Positions 50,459-60,426 of a stretch of DNA of 64,000 nt are shown here, one piece after another. The DNA comes from Acidiferrobacteraceae bacterium (lineage in GTDB: Bacteria > Pseudomonadota > Gammaproteobacteria > Acidiferrobacterales > SZUA-150), in assembly GCA_003228915.1 (NCBI GenBank), contig QIGL01000086.1:22381-86380 (forward strand), written 5' to 3'. The notes under the pieces were generated by a model. It saw only the letters and a program-made list of their open reading frames with translations. It made no database searches and was not told the DNA's origin. A program made the position numbers and the translations under genes. Within the stretch, counting starts at the first letter, position 1, and each line of letters begins with the position of its first letter.

Positions 50459-51310
50459 TTAATGTTTATTTTTTACTGATTTTTTCATCGATTTTCTTAG
50501 CATCTTCTCTTTTGCCTTGGCGTAACCAAATGCGACGCCCGGTGCAATAATGACCTTGTAACGGGCTTGCTGATCAGCAGCAATTTTTCGATTTCTTTTG
50601 CGATAATGGGGCCAGATCGGGCCTAGTTTCGATAAACCGCTCACGCCCTTTACCGTAAGTTCTGGTCCGAGATACTTAATCGTCCGCCTGGTAATTGTAT
50701 CCAATGATGCCAACAAGCATGACTGGTGAAACGCCAAATCTTCAAAAAGTGCATCTAGTTGTGAAGACGCATCCGGGTTTGTTCCGGTTAACCAATCACG
50801 CAAAACTGCACTACTGCCACGTTTTTGAATATCAGCCAGGTCGGTGGAAAAAACCAAATCCTGTTTTAGGCCAAATTCATCTGCAAATCGGCGTTGGCCA
50901 TCTATTAACTGGGCCAGGCCAATCAGGACGGAGTCAAAAACATCTGCGTCAATACCAATTACGTCGCCAGGCTGGCCAGATGAACCTGGGTGTAACGCGC
51001 CCTGTTGCTCCGTGATTTCCTGTTGTTCCGTAATTTGTAGTGTATTTTCTTGTGGACTTTGTTTTTTAGGTGGCTTGTTTTTATCTACTCTCTGTTTTTC
51101 AGGTTGATTTTGTTTGAGCTTATCGTGCTCGGCAAACTGGGGGGTAAGATGATTTAAAACTGTTGCTGATATTTTTCGCTGGCGCAAGACGGCCTTTGCC
51201 ATGGCTTCGAAATCCTCGAAACCCAGCTCCTCAGTTGCAGAATAATTTTTAGTGTCCATGTCACCCGAAAGCGCCCGTTTTTTACGGGTAACGATTAAGT
51301 CTTCCGACAT
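50459..51310 (-). CDS. TagH/Fha C-terminal-like protein with no recognisable FHA domain
   Basis: C-terminal half (LIGLAQLIDGQRRFADEF, LFEDLAFHQSCLLASL, W.HY, AFGYAK) resembles the TagH C-terminus; first gene of the tssJKLM run. Confidence 0.55.
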   Translation of the reverse strand: MSEDLIVTRKKRALSGDMDTKNYSATEELGFEDFEAMAKAVLRQRKISATVLNHLTPQFAEHDKLKQNQPEKQRVDKNKPPKKQSPQENTLQITEQQEITEQQGALHPGSSGQPGDVIGIDADVFDSVLIGLAQLIDGQRRFADEFGLKQDLVFSTDLADIQKRGSSAVLRDWLTGTNPDASSQLDALFEDLAFHQSCLLASLDTITRRTIKYLGPELTVKGVSGLSKLGPIWPHYRKRNRKIAADQQARYKVIIAPGVAFGYAKAKEKMLRKSMKKSVKNKH

Positions 51311-51691
51311 TCTAAATTTTGACTAATTCCTTGTTGGACCAAAAAAACAGGACCGAAAAACGTCGGCCTTCACCCAGTGAGAATCCACCACAAATCTGTT
51401 GTGATAACCAACATGCCAGTCTGTGTAGATAGCCCCTTAAACCAAAACTGCCCGGATCAGAATATGCGCTAACCTGAGCGTGGACTGGCCAATATATCAC
51501 TCGCAGGGCCGGCAAAACAACACATGGACTAACTAAATAGTTTGACCGACCAGATGGTGAATGTCGTCGCGACCAATGGTTGATTTTAGGGGATAAGTGG
51601 AGCGATGATATAAAATAGAAAAAATTGGCCTAAACCCAGGCATTATTAACCCTAAATAAAATAGTGCAATATTATGTTTAAACCTTTGAGT

Positions 51692-52306
51692 TTAATACAG
51701 GAGATAAGCGTAAGCCGACAATACATTGATATCTCCCCGTAAAGGCGCTTCATATTGCAAATGCAGGCCGATATCGAGATCCCGGTTAATGGAATATTGC
51801 GTTGATACCCCGATCAGGAAGGGTACGGCTATTTCAGTCCTGTCCTTCCGCTCTGAGCCTACAATCCTATACCCGTTTTCAGTTACTCTATGACGTGACT
51901 CGAATTTTTCCTGGACAACACCCAGGCCTGCGCCCAGCCACACGGCTTTATCAAAAAATGCAAACTGCAACATGCCCGTGGCGCCAATTCGGGTAATATC
52001 CTGGCCGATTTCGGTGGGGCTTGCGTCCAGGGTGGCAGCCTGGCCGAACATATTGATAAATAAACGCTTGTCCCGGGTCAAATCACTAACCAGCAATATA
52101 TTCGGAAAACTGAATTCGGTGGTATCAGCTGTTTTGCCGTCAGGGTCGTCGACTTTCATGCTGGAAGTGCCGACCATTAAGCCATAACGAAGAGAGCGTT
52201 TAGCGTCTGCTTCGGCTTTGGCGATTGCAGGTAAAAATAGAATAGTGGTGATGAGCGCCAAAAGTATATAAGTATGGAGTTCGGCCTTGCCTGTTTTTAT
52301 ATTCAT
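51692..52306 (-). CDS. Small outer-membrane beta-barrel protein
   Basis: Signal peptide (AIAKA/E), amphipathic strands, terminal aromatic (AYAYLLY). Confidence 0.7.
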   Translation of the reverse strand: MNIKTGKAELHTYILLALITTILFLPAIAKAEADAKRSLRYGLMVGTSSMKVDDPDGKTADTTEFSFPNILLVSDLTRDKRLFINMFGQAATLDASPTEIGQDITRIGATGMLQFAFFDKAVWLGAGLGVVQEKFESRHRVTENGYRIVGSERKDRTEIAVPFLIGVSTQYSINRDLDIGLHLQYEAPLRGDINVLSAYAYLLY

Positions 52307-52604
52307 GATTGATCTATTTATGTATTAAAGTTATGGTTTTAATCTAGGTCCGGGCACCGATTGAAACATCGAAAGGCATGGTAGTTCAAGAAATTAATGG
52401 AGATAGTTGTTAAAAAGTTCCATATTCTCCATAGTGTGGATCACGCTAACGCCTCATTCATGCCGGTATGTTATAGTATTTTTTTGCCATTCATTCTCAG
52501 TGTTGAGGTTCTTTGGGTATACCGAGACTCTTTGGCGCTAAATATTTATTCAAATTTATGATCACAATATATTCACAACTCTACTTACATAAAATACGAC
52601 AAGC

Positions 52605-55574
52605 ATGGACGCCGCCTCTTCAAAAATACATTTTGTTATCGCTGGCGCCAAACAAACGGCTATCAGCCTGCATGCCTCCGATGCCATCTCGGCGTGTTTT
52701 ACAACCAGAATTCTCTTTCTAACTGAGCCCGGCACGAATCCTGGGGCTTTTCTGGGTAGCCAGGCATCATGCCAGGCAATCGATAGCGATGATGGTGCTC
52801 ATTACTGGGCTGGTATTATCACCCAGGTTGAAGAAAAAGGGCTGAACGCAAAAAATAAATTGCGTATCGAGATAACCCTGCGACCCCGTTTGTGGTCACT
52901 CAGCCTGCAAACTGATCATCGTGTCATCCGGGGCATGAGTGCGGTTGAGTTGGTTAACGCGACCCTGGCTCGACACAATATCGACCAGGCCGATATTCAA
53001 TGGCAGCTTAATCGACTCTACCCGATGCTGCCATACACCGTTCAATATAAAGAAACTGACCTGGCCTTTATTCAGCGCCTGCTCAGCGATAACGGTATTA
53101 GTTACTGGTTTGACTGTGAAAACGGTCAGGATATTGTTCGCTTTACAGACCACAATAGTCATTTTCCCTATGTCGACCTGGGGGCGATTCCGTTGATACC
53201 GCCAACTGGGACCGAATCTGGATCAAAACGGGCCCAGGCCTGCTTTCACCGTTTTGGTAAAACATCTGGCGCTCGTCCCCGGCGAACCGCCCTCCATGAC
53301 TGGCATGACATGACACCACAAGTGCGCCTGCTGGCGGGTGATATTCCTGGCAAAGACAGCAATGATACGGACGTGATTTATGGTTCCGGCCAAACACAAA
53401 TCGAGGCCGCCAGTATCCGGGCCGAGACAGAAAATGAACGAAACGCGGTGGCAGCAGATCAGTATCTACTGGATGGCAGCGTGGCATCGCTTGCCCCTGG
53501 CATGGCCTTCTCCTTTAAGCACCCCGACTTAACCCGGTATTCCGGTGATTATCTTGTTGTCGAGATGAGTCATAAAATAATTCAACGGGCCGGCGCCGAG
53601 ATTGAAGGCGATGGCACTGACTTAAGCTATACCAACTCTGTCAAACTCATTAGCCGGGAAAAACCATACAGGCCACCAGCGGCAAGCAAACCTGTCCTGC
53701 CCACGGTTTACACTGCCCGCGTTGAAAACGACGGCGATTATGCCCTGTTGGATGAAAGGGGTCGGTTGCGTCTGCGCAATGTTTTTGATCTTGAGCCAAG
53801 CCGGCCGACCCAGGCCACGCCTTTTATTCGCAAGGCGCAATCCTATGGCGGTGGCCCCGGTGAAGGTGGCACTGCCACTGGTTTACATTTGCCGCTTACA
53901 GGTGGCACCGAAGTTTTATGGGGCTCAATCGATGGCGACCCGGATCGTCCGGTTATCCTGGGCACACTGCCAAACCCGGAAACACCCAGCCCAATTAACA
54001 GTGACAACCCGGCCCAAAATCGTTTGCGCACGGCGTCGGATAACGAGTGGTTGCTCGATGATACAACCGGACAAGAGCGTATCGAACTAAAACAAGGGGA
54101 TGTTGACGAGCCATTCAATTTATTCCGGCTCGATGCCAATAACGAGGGCCATAAAATACGCCTTGCCTGCACCTATGGCGCCCTCGCAGTTTATGCAAAA
54201 AAAACCATGCTCGTTGATGCCGGTGATACCATCACCCAAAAACACGGTAATGATCGCACCGAAATTGTCGAAAACGAGTCAAACCTGGCCACAAAAAATA
54301 AAGACATCTATGCGCAAGCCGCTACCGACCATGTTCATACCGCTAAAAAAAATATCAAACACACCGCCAAGGAAAATATTGAACAACGGGCAGAAAAAAT
54401 CACCACCTGGCGTGCCCAAAAAAATGCCCGCCTGACCATCAAGCAAGGCGATCAAATTATTAGTGTTGAGAATAGTAGCCTGGTCATTCAATCGCCTAAC
54501 AAGCTGGCCATTACCGGTAAGGGCGGCGGGTCCATAAAAATTGGTCAAAATGGCGGCGGCCTGGAAATCGATTCCGGGGGCAACGTCAAACTCTATGGCA
54601 AAAAAGTCACCCTTAACGGTGCCAGCGGCACAACATTTAATGGCAACACCAGTTATGACATTGGCGGTGCGCCCAGTTTAAACGCTGGACCGCTTGCGGC
54701 CCTGGATCCAGGTGAATTACCCTGGATTGAAACCGAAAGCAAAACACCGGACACCCATAACCTGGAGTTGAGCCTCACCGACGAGTTTATTGAGACCTTG
54801 CCAAAACATCTCGATCTTATGGACGGGGCCAAGTACACCCTCACTACCGACCTGGGCGAAACCAGGCAAGGCACGATTGAAGACAGAAAAATTGATGAAA
54901 AAGATATTATTATCGCCAATACATTTGATTTGGCATTTGAAGAAAAAGGTGGTGGCAGCCAGCCAGATGTTATCGGCAAACCCAAGGTGTTTGTGCCGAA
55001 AAAAATTCACCAGAATTTTACCAGCCTGAAGTGGAGCCAGGAACGCTTTAAACCGGGTCAGGAAGTTAAACAACTTTTTAAGGCAAAAGAATGCGCAGCC
55101 GGCGACAAGGCAACATTAACAGTCTACGAGATTGATGATAATGGCCAGCAACAGGAAGTCGAATCTAAATCCATCACCCTGACACAAGGGCCCGGTAACT
55201 ACGCCTTCCCGTGGTCCCGCAGTGTTGACGATGCCGAGAAAGATCTTGACCAGGACATCAAGAGCGGTGACGAAGGCGCATTAAAATACGTATTTGAAGT
55301 AGCCATGGCGGATGGCGCACCGGCAAGCTCCCCGCTACTACTGATGCCGGCTACTTACGAGCTAAAAATTTGCGATGGCCCGGAGGCTGATAGTGCTTGT
55401 TACCCCAATGAGAAATTTAAATTAAAACGGGATGGCAAAGTCATTCGCGAAGGCAAAACCGATGAAAATGGCACCGCTTTTATTCGTTGCACCAATCCAA
55501 ACGCGAAATACATGCTTGAAATTCTTGATAACGAAATTGAGTTAGATGTCTCAGACCTGCAAGCTGTCGACTAG
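52605..55574 (+). CDS. vgrG: Second VgrG, with a ~300-aa C-terminal extension (transthyretin-like/Ig-like modules)
   Basis: VQYKETDLAFIQRLL..GISYWF, LDERGR, GLHLPL..GTEV, DGDPDRPVILG; tail with YTLTTDLGETRQGTIED and YPNEKFKL...EGKTDENG. Confidence 0.92.
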   Translation: MDAASSKIHFVIAGAKQTAISLHASDAISACFTTRILFLTEPGTNPGAFLGSQASCQAIDSDDGAHYWAGIITQVEEKGLNAKNKLRIEITLRPRLWSLSLQTDHRVIRGMSAVELVNATLARHNIDQADIQWQLNRLYPMLPYTVQYKETDLAFIQRLLSDNGISYWFDCENGQDIVRFTDHNSHFPYVDLGAIPLIPPTGTESGSKRAQACFHRFGKTSGARPRRTALHDWHDMTPQVRLLAGDIPGKDSNDTDVIYGSGQTQIEAASIRAETENERNAVAADQYLLDGSVASLAPGMAFSFKHPDLTRYSGDYLVVEMSHKIIQRAGAEIEGDGTDLSYTNSVKLISREKPYRPPAASKPVLPTVYTARVENDGDYALLDERGRLRLRNVFDLEPSRPTQATPFIRKAQSYGGGPGEGGTATGLHLPLTGGTEVLWGSIDGDPDRPVILGTLPNPETPSPINSDNPAQNRLRTASDNEWLLDDTTGQERIELKQGDVDEPFNLFRLDANNEGHKIRLACTYGALAVYAKKTMLVDAGDTITQKHGNDRTEIVENESNLATKNKDIYAQAATDHVHTAKKNIKHTAKENIEQRAEKITTWRAQKNARLTIKQGDQIISVENSSLVIQSPNKLAITGKGGGSIKIGQNGGGLEIDSGGNVKLYGKKVTLNGASGTTFNGNTSYDIGGAPSLNAGPLAALDPGELPWIETESKTPDTHNLELSLTDEFIETLPKHLDLMDGAKYTLTTDLGETRQGTIEDRKIDEKDIIIANTFDLAFEEKGGGSQPDVIGKPKVFVPKKIHQNFTSLKWSQERFKPGQEVKQLFKAKECAAGDKATLTVYEIDDNGQQQEVESKSITLTQGPGNYAFPWSRSVDDAEKDLDQDIKSGDEGALKYVFEVAMADGAPASSPLLLMPATYELKICDGPEADSACYPNEKFKLKRDGKVIREGKTDENGTAFIRCTNPNAKYMLEILDNEIELDVSDLQAVD

Positions 55575-55583
55575 GAAATTCTA

Positions 55584-56873
55584 ATGGCCGAGAACAACCC
55601 AACTAAATCCAAAACCAGCATCAAACAGGGCAAAGCAAACAGAATTCCTGTTTACAGCGGTGGCACCTGTTTTGGTGTCTTTTTTGATGGTACTGGTAAT
55701 AATAGAAACAAAGATATACCAAACGGTAACGAGAGCAATATCGCCAAGTTATTTGATTTTTATAATTTTGAATCGTATACCAATAAAGACGGTATTGAGT
55801 GCACGAACAATGATCGCTATTACAAAATTGGCGTGGGCTCAACTGCTGGCACTTTATTCCTTGGTGGATTTAGTGGTGCCGGTGCCACGAGTCGTATTGA
55901 TGATGCATACGAAGAAGCGGTCAGCCACTTTAATAAAAAAGAAAATATTTATCGCAAGAAAAAATACCTGGACGTGTTTGGCTTTAGCCGGGGCGCGGCC
56001 TTGGCCCGTCATTTTGTCAACATGGTGAAATATTTAAAGCTACCTGATAAAACTAATGGCGGCTTCCATGATATCGAACTTCGTTTCCTGGGGATTTTTG
56101 ATACGGTTGGCTCGTTTGGCCTGCCTGGCAACATGGTCGATTCTGGTTTTGATTTTCATCTCGACCGTGATTTTGTAAAACGAACCGTACACCTGACCGC
56201 CGAGCATGAAAAACGGGGGTTATTTGATCTCACCAGCATCAAAAAAAATAAAAGTGAGGCACTACCGGGAAATTGTCTGGAAAAATCATTCCCCGGCGCC
56301 CACTCAGACGTGGGAGGCGGTTATGCCTACCGCGCCTACCGCAGTGAAGGCTGGTATAAGGAACGCCTGGTACCAGCGCAAGACTCCACCGGAAAAACAA
56401 TTATGAAACTCAAGAATGTGCCTGAAAAAAACATGCAGTATGAGAAAGATGTTAATCTCACCGATGATGCCATCTATAATCAATCCGAAAATATTGATGA
56501 AGATTACTATTTAAAAGAACAAACAGAAAAATCCAGCGAGCTTGCTCGCATACCTCTGAAATTCATGCATGAAGAAATGGTTAAAGCCGACATCAATGTT
56601 ATCCCCTGGGAAGAACACGACCGTTATGAGAAAAGTATAAAAATAGAACCCCAGGTTCAGGCCTTTTACGATCAGAATCAATCCGGCATGCCTTTTAATG
56701 AGGCTGTTAATTCCAAATACATTCACGATTCAAGATATTTCGTTGATAAAATGGGCGTATCCATTGAAGACAATGGCGGCAGCCGTGATATTTTTTATGC
56801 ATCTGCCAATGCCCAATTATGGAAGAACTATCAAGAAGAAAAAGAAGAAGAGTGGAGAAACACAAGGATATAA
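55584..56873 (+). CDS. tle1: Tle1-like (DUF2235) phospholipase effector
   Basis: FFDGTGNN, SNIAKL, nucleophile elbow GFSRGAA, GIFDTV, EHEKR..F, FPGAHSDVGGGY. Confidence 0.9.
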   Translation: MAENNPTKSKTSIKQGKANRIPVYSGGTCFGVFFDGTGNNRNKDIPNGNESNIAKLFDFYNFESYTNKDGIECTNNDRYYKIGVGSTAGTLFLGGFSGAGATSRIDDAYEEAVSHFNKKENIYRKKKYLDVFGFSRGAALARHFVNMVKYLKLPDKTNGGFHDIELRFLGIFDTVGSFGLPGNMVDSGFDFHLDRDFVKRTVHLTAEHEKRGLFDLTSIKKNKSEALPGNCLEKSFPGAHSDVGGGYAYRAYRSEGWYKERLVPAQDSTGKTIMKLKNVPEKNMQYEKDVNLTDDAIYNQSENIDEDYYLKEQTEKSSELARIPLKFMHEEMVKADINVIPWEEHDRYEKSIKIEPQVQAFYDQNQSGMPFNEAVNSKYIHDSRYFVDKMGVSIEDNGGSRDIFYASANAQLWKNYQEEKEEEWRNTRI

Positions 56874-56878
56874 AAAAC

Positions 56879-57304
56879 ATGAAGCCCCGATTTCAAAAAC
56901 CATTCTGGCAACTGGTCTTCTCGGCTACCTTGCTGCTAGCGTTATCGGCTTGCACTACCTACCCAGTTACCGTATCCACAGAAACAGAACAAAAAGCTAT
57001 CTGGGTTCTTGATATACAGTTCGGAGATTATCGTTTGCCTGGCGGCGGAATGGGTGGCAGTGTGGGTGAGAATACCGGGCGGGGTAGATCCTCAGTCGGT
57101 CTGGGCCACATAAAAATTCCAGAAACTGCCACTTATCGCTGGAAAAAACGAGCCCATTACACTAAATCTAAATATTTTCCTGTACACGAATACACTGTGC
57201 AACTACCCCAGGAAATGCCTGAATTAAAACCTGATCAAAAAATAAAATTTTTGTTTCTTATAAAAGAAGATAATACAGTAACTGTAGAAGTATTCGCATA
57301 CTAG
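56879..57304 (+). CDS. Putative Tle1 immunity lipoprotein, copy 1
   Basis: Lipobox LSAC; ATG 5 bp after the effector stop; paralogue of the next gene. Confidence 0.8.
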   Translation: MKPRFQKPFWQLVFSATLLLALSACTTYPVTVSTETEQKAIWVLDIQFGDYRLPGGGMGGSVGENTGRGRSSVGLGHIKIPETATYRWKKRAHYTKSKYFPVHEYTVQLPQEMPELKPDQKIKFLFLIKEDNTVTVEVFAY

Positions 57305-57306
57305 GC

Positions 57307-57738
57307 ATGCGACATCGATATATCTTTGTTTGGTATACAAAATTATTTACTTTTGTAATCATAGTCCTGACATTTACCGGTTGCACAACTTACCCGGTGC
57401 AGGTATCCACAGAAACAGAACAAAAAGCGATCTGGGTTCTTGATATACAGTTCGGGGATTACCTTTTGCCTGGCGGAGGAATGGGAGGCAGTGTGGGTGA
57501 GAATACCGGGCGAGGAAGGAGTTCTGTGGGAATGGGTACGATAAGCATACCTAAGACAGCAACGTATCGCTGGTATGACGATATCGTCCATTATTCAAAA
57601 TACAAAGATATGCCGATTCATGAATACACGGTTAAATTACCCCAGGAAATGCCTGAGCTAAAACCTAAAGAGGTAATACTCTTTTTGTTTCTTATTAAAG
57701 AAGATAACACGGTGACCGTAGAAGTGAGGCCGCGTTAA
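57307..57738 (+). CDS. Putative Tle1 immunity lipoprotein, copy 2
   Basis: Lipobox FTGC; shares CTTYPV.VSTETEQKAIWVLDIQFGDY.LPGGGMGGSVGENTGRGRSSVG and LPQEMPELKP...FLFLIKEDNTVTVEV with copy 1. Confidence 0.8.
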   Translation: MRHRYIFVWYTKLFTFVIIVLTFTGCTTYPVQVSTETEQKAIWVLDIQFGDYLLPGGGMGGSVGENTGRGRSSVGMGTISIPKTATYRWYDDIVHYSKYKDMPIHEYTVKLPQEMPELKPKEVILFLFLIKEDNTVTVEVRPR

Positions 57739-57787
57739 TTTAGTTTTACCAATTTTGTCGCTAAAAATACAGGCTTAATTAACCGAA

Positions 57788-59300
57788 TTACTGGCTCAGC
57801 AGGATTTTGTTCTCTTTATTCTGTAACATTTCCCTTAGCCATCGCTCTCCTTCAGCATCCATATAAGTAATATTTCGTAAGTCGATTTCGAATTTAGCAC
57901 CACTTTCTGATGCCTTTGTGATGGCGCTTTCAATGTAGGGCAATGATCCGTAGTAAAGACTGCCATAAATCGTCAGGACGTTTTCTTTAAACGTAATGTC
58001 CGGACGAATATTACTCCACTTGAAGTGAATTAACGCAAGCAACGATCCAACAATAACGGCACCAAACAATCCGAAGATATGAACAGAAATAAACGCAGTC
58101 AGAAAAATAATCGCCTCCGGCCAGTTTGAAAAATGGGGTCGAATATCTTGCCAGTTAATCATGTTGGCGCCAACAATCATGATTACTGCTGCCATTGCCG
58201 GGATCGGGATAATGGCAATCAGATCCGAGAACGCCAGCACAAGAATCAAAAGAAAAATTGCCGACGATACCGCCACGAACCTGGTCCTGGTGCCCATGGT
58301 ATACATGAGCCACATACGGTTAAAAGAGGCGCAGGTGGGCAAAGCTGATAAAAATGGCAGTACGCAATTACTCACCGCATCAGTGCCGATGCCAACCGTG
58401 CTTTCCACATGCTGGCCTGTTTTTCGATTCATCCTGCGCATGGCGGCCACGGTTTGAAAAAGTCCCAACATGGCCAGGGTAACGGCACCGGGCATGATGG
58501 CGATAATGTCGGGTAAGGCTTCCTGGGTAAACAAGGGCATTGAAGGAAACACAAAACCAATGGCGGAAAAATCGGCAGTTTGTTCTACCAGGATATTTTC
58601 CAGGCCATATAGATTTCCCAGGTACTCCGACCAGGCCATATAGATTTCCCAGGTACTCCGAATAAATAGTACCGACAATAATGCCGACTAATATTCCCCA
58701 GTTACGTACCGGCTTGATACTGCGCACAATAATCGCTGACACCAGCGTGACCATGCCAATTCCGATCGCGTGCATGTTGCCAATTTCCAGTACCGCCAGG
58801 ATATTATGCCAGGCGATGGCCAGTGGCCACTCCACTTCTGTGTTAATGGGCAGGCCGCCAAAGGCAGTAATAGATTTTAATATCAGGAATAAACCAATAC
58901 CGGCAATCATGCCATTGATAACAGCCTCGCTCATAAGGTCGAGTAACCTGGCTAGCGGTTTGATGAAATAAAATAATAATTGCACCAGGCCCGCCATGAG
59001 TATGAGCGTTAACGCATAACCCATATAACTGACACCGAATTGTGGCGCGATTGGCAACAGCGTCACACCCACTACGGCAGACAGGGTGCTGTTGGGCCCG
59101 CCATGAAAGACGCTTGAAGGATTTAACAAGGCGGTAAACAACACGCCCCATATTGCCGCGTAGATTCCAAAGTATGGCGGCACACCGGCCAGGGTAGTTG
59201 AAAAAGCAATCGCCTGGGGCAGCACCACAATCGCCAGTGTTAGGCCTACCAATAATTCATTGGGCAGGATTTTTGTATCCGGAATTAATTTTTTAAACAT
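57788..59300 (-). pseudogene. sulP: SulP/SLC26 anion transporter with short STAS domain, frameshifted by a 31-bp duplication
   Basis: GLTLAIVVLPQAIAF...AGVPPYFGIY in the 5' ORF; ASFNR, GTRTR, IPIPAMAAV, GSLYYG, IDL..ITYMDAEG in the 3' ORF. Removing one repeat copy gives one 493-aa ORF. Confidence 0.9.
58600..58661. repeat. Perfect 31-bp tandem duplication inside sulP
   Basis: CCAGGCCATATAGATTTCCCAGGTACTCCGA at 58600-58630 and 58631-58661. Confidence 0.96.
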
Positions 59301-60424
59301 TATTTCGGGCTACTATTCTGGCTGTTATCCAGGTTATTGATTTGGGCAGATGTTGTTTCAGGATTAAAAAATGCGATTAATTTTGGCATGGCAAACATCA
59401 TCATTTGTTGCCAGGCAGCAGTCACGGGCCCTTCCCGGTCACCGGCAGGCCTTGGTAAGTTACTTATATAAAATGCGATATCGCGGCACTCCTGACTCTT
59501 CAGGCTTCCTTCCTGGCCCAGGGGCATGTTGCGACAAATAAACCCGGGCAAAATAGTTGAGACAAATCTAAAATAATTGCGTGATTGTTTATTAAAAGAA
59601 TCCGGGCCGGCCACAGCAGGAAAAATAACACGACCGTTTACCACCGTTCCACGCCCGTCTTTGCCGTGACACTTGGCACACTTTTGCTTAAATAGTGCAG
59701 CGCCCCGGACATAATCATCACCGCGTTTTTCGGTCATCGAAACAGACACTTCATCAATGCCCTGCTCTGCATAGCGCGTATGGTATTTAAGACCCAGTGC
59801 GCCAGACAGGAATCGGCTGTAAGCCGTGATGTCACGAATAATGTCATCGGCGATATTTGGTTTATAGCCATTGGAAGAATTAATAAAACATTGCATTTGC
59901 CGTAGTTCGAAGGGCAACAACAAGCCAGTGAAACGGTCATAGGTATCGCCGCCATTACTCCAGGAAGCGGCCATACTTAAGGAACCGACAAGACGCTGGC
60001 CTTTGTCATTCTGTTTGTCACCAATTCCCTGGTGGCAATGATCACAGCTTGTTTGCTTGCCACGAATATAACGTTTTGAGTTCCAGCGTTCGATATCAAG
60101 TTTCGCATCCTGGCCCAGGGTGTCGTCAATAATATTACAGCCACGCTGGATGGCACGAATGTCCTGTTCTGAATATCCCGCGAGTCGTATCGTTTGACCT
60201 GTTTGCTGTGTCACGTATGGGGAAGTATAAGAATCACCAGCTTGTAAATTATATTTCTGGAACTTTTGATTACAGCCGATCGTAAGTGTGACGGGTTGTT
60301 CGCGAAAAGCGGCACGGGTCTCATGTTTGGCAAGCGCAACCAGGTAAAGTCCGCCGAGAATTGTTATCACGACAGAGGTGCTGACTAATTTTTTGATGGT
60401 GCCATGCTTCATATGGGGCTTCAT
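59300..60424 (-). CDS. Diheme c-type cytochrome, TsdA (thiosulfate dehydrogenase)-like
   Basis: N-terminal hydrophobic anchor/signal; CDHCH; candidate active-site Cys in LRQMQCFINSSNG; CAKCHGKDGRG; FPAVAGPDSFN; RNMPLG. Confidence 0.72.
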   Translation of the reverse strand: MKPHMKHGTIKKLVSTSVVITILGGLYLVALAKHETRAAFREQPVTLTIGCNQKFQKYNLQAGDSYTSPYVTQQTGQTIRLAGYSEQDIRAIQRGCNIIDDTLGQDAKLDIERWNSKRYIRGKQTSCDHCHQGIGDKQNDKGQRLVGSLSMAASWSNGGDTYDRFTGLLLPFELRQMQCFINSSNGYKPNIADDIIRDITAYSRFLSGALGLKYHTRYAEQGIDEVSVSMTEKRGDDYVRGAALFKQKCAKCHGKDGRGTVVNGRVIFPAVAGPDSFNKQSRNYFRFVSTILPGFICRNMPLGQEGSLKSQECRDIAFYISNLPRPAGDREGPVTAAWQQMMMFAMPKLIAFFNPETTSAQINNLDNSQNSSPK

Positions 60425-60426
60425 TT

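Noticed and set aside
51312-51690. 67-aa ORF, sigma-54 promoter or riboswitch in the T6SS upstream gap
   Set aside because: The ORF has no coding signature; TGGCATGTTGGTTAT lacks the -12 GC; no riboswitch consensus recognised.
56940-57730. Long direct repeats as a CRISPR array
   Set aside because: They are coding paralogy between two lipoprotein genes; no repeat-spacer periodicity and no cas genes in the window.
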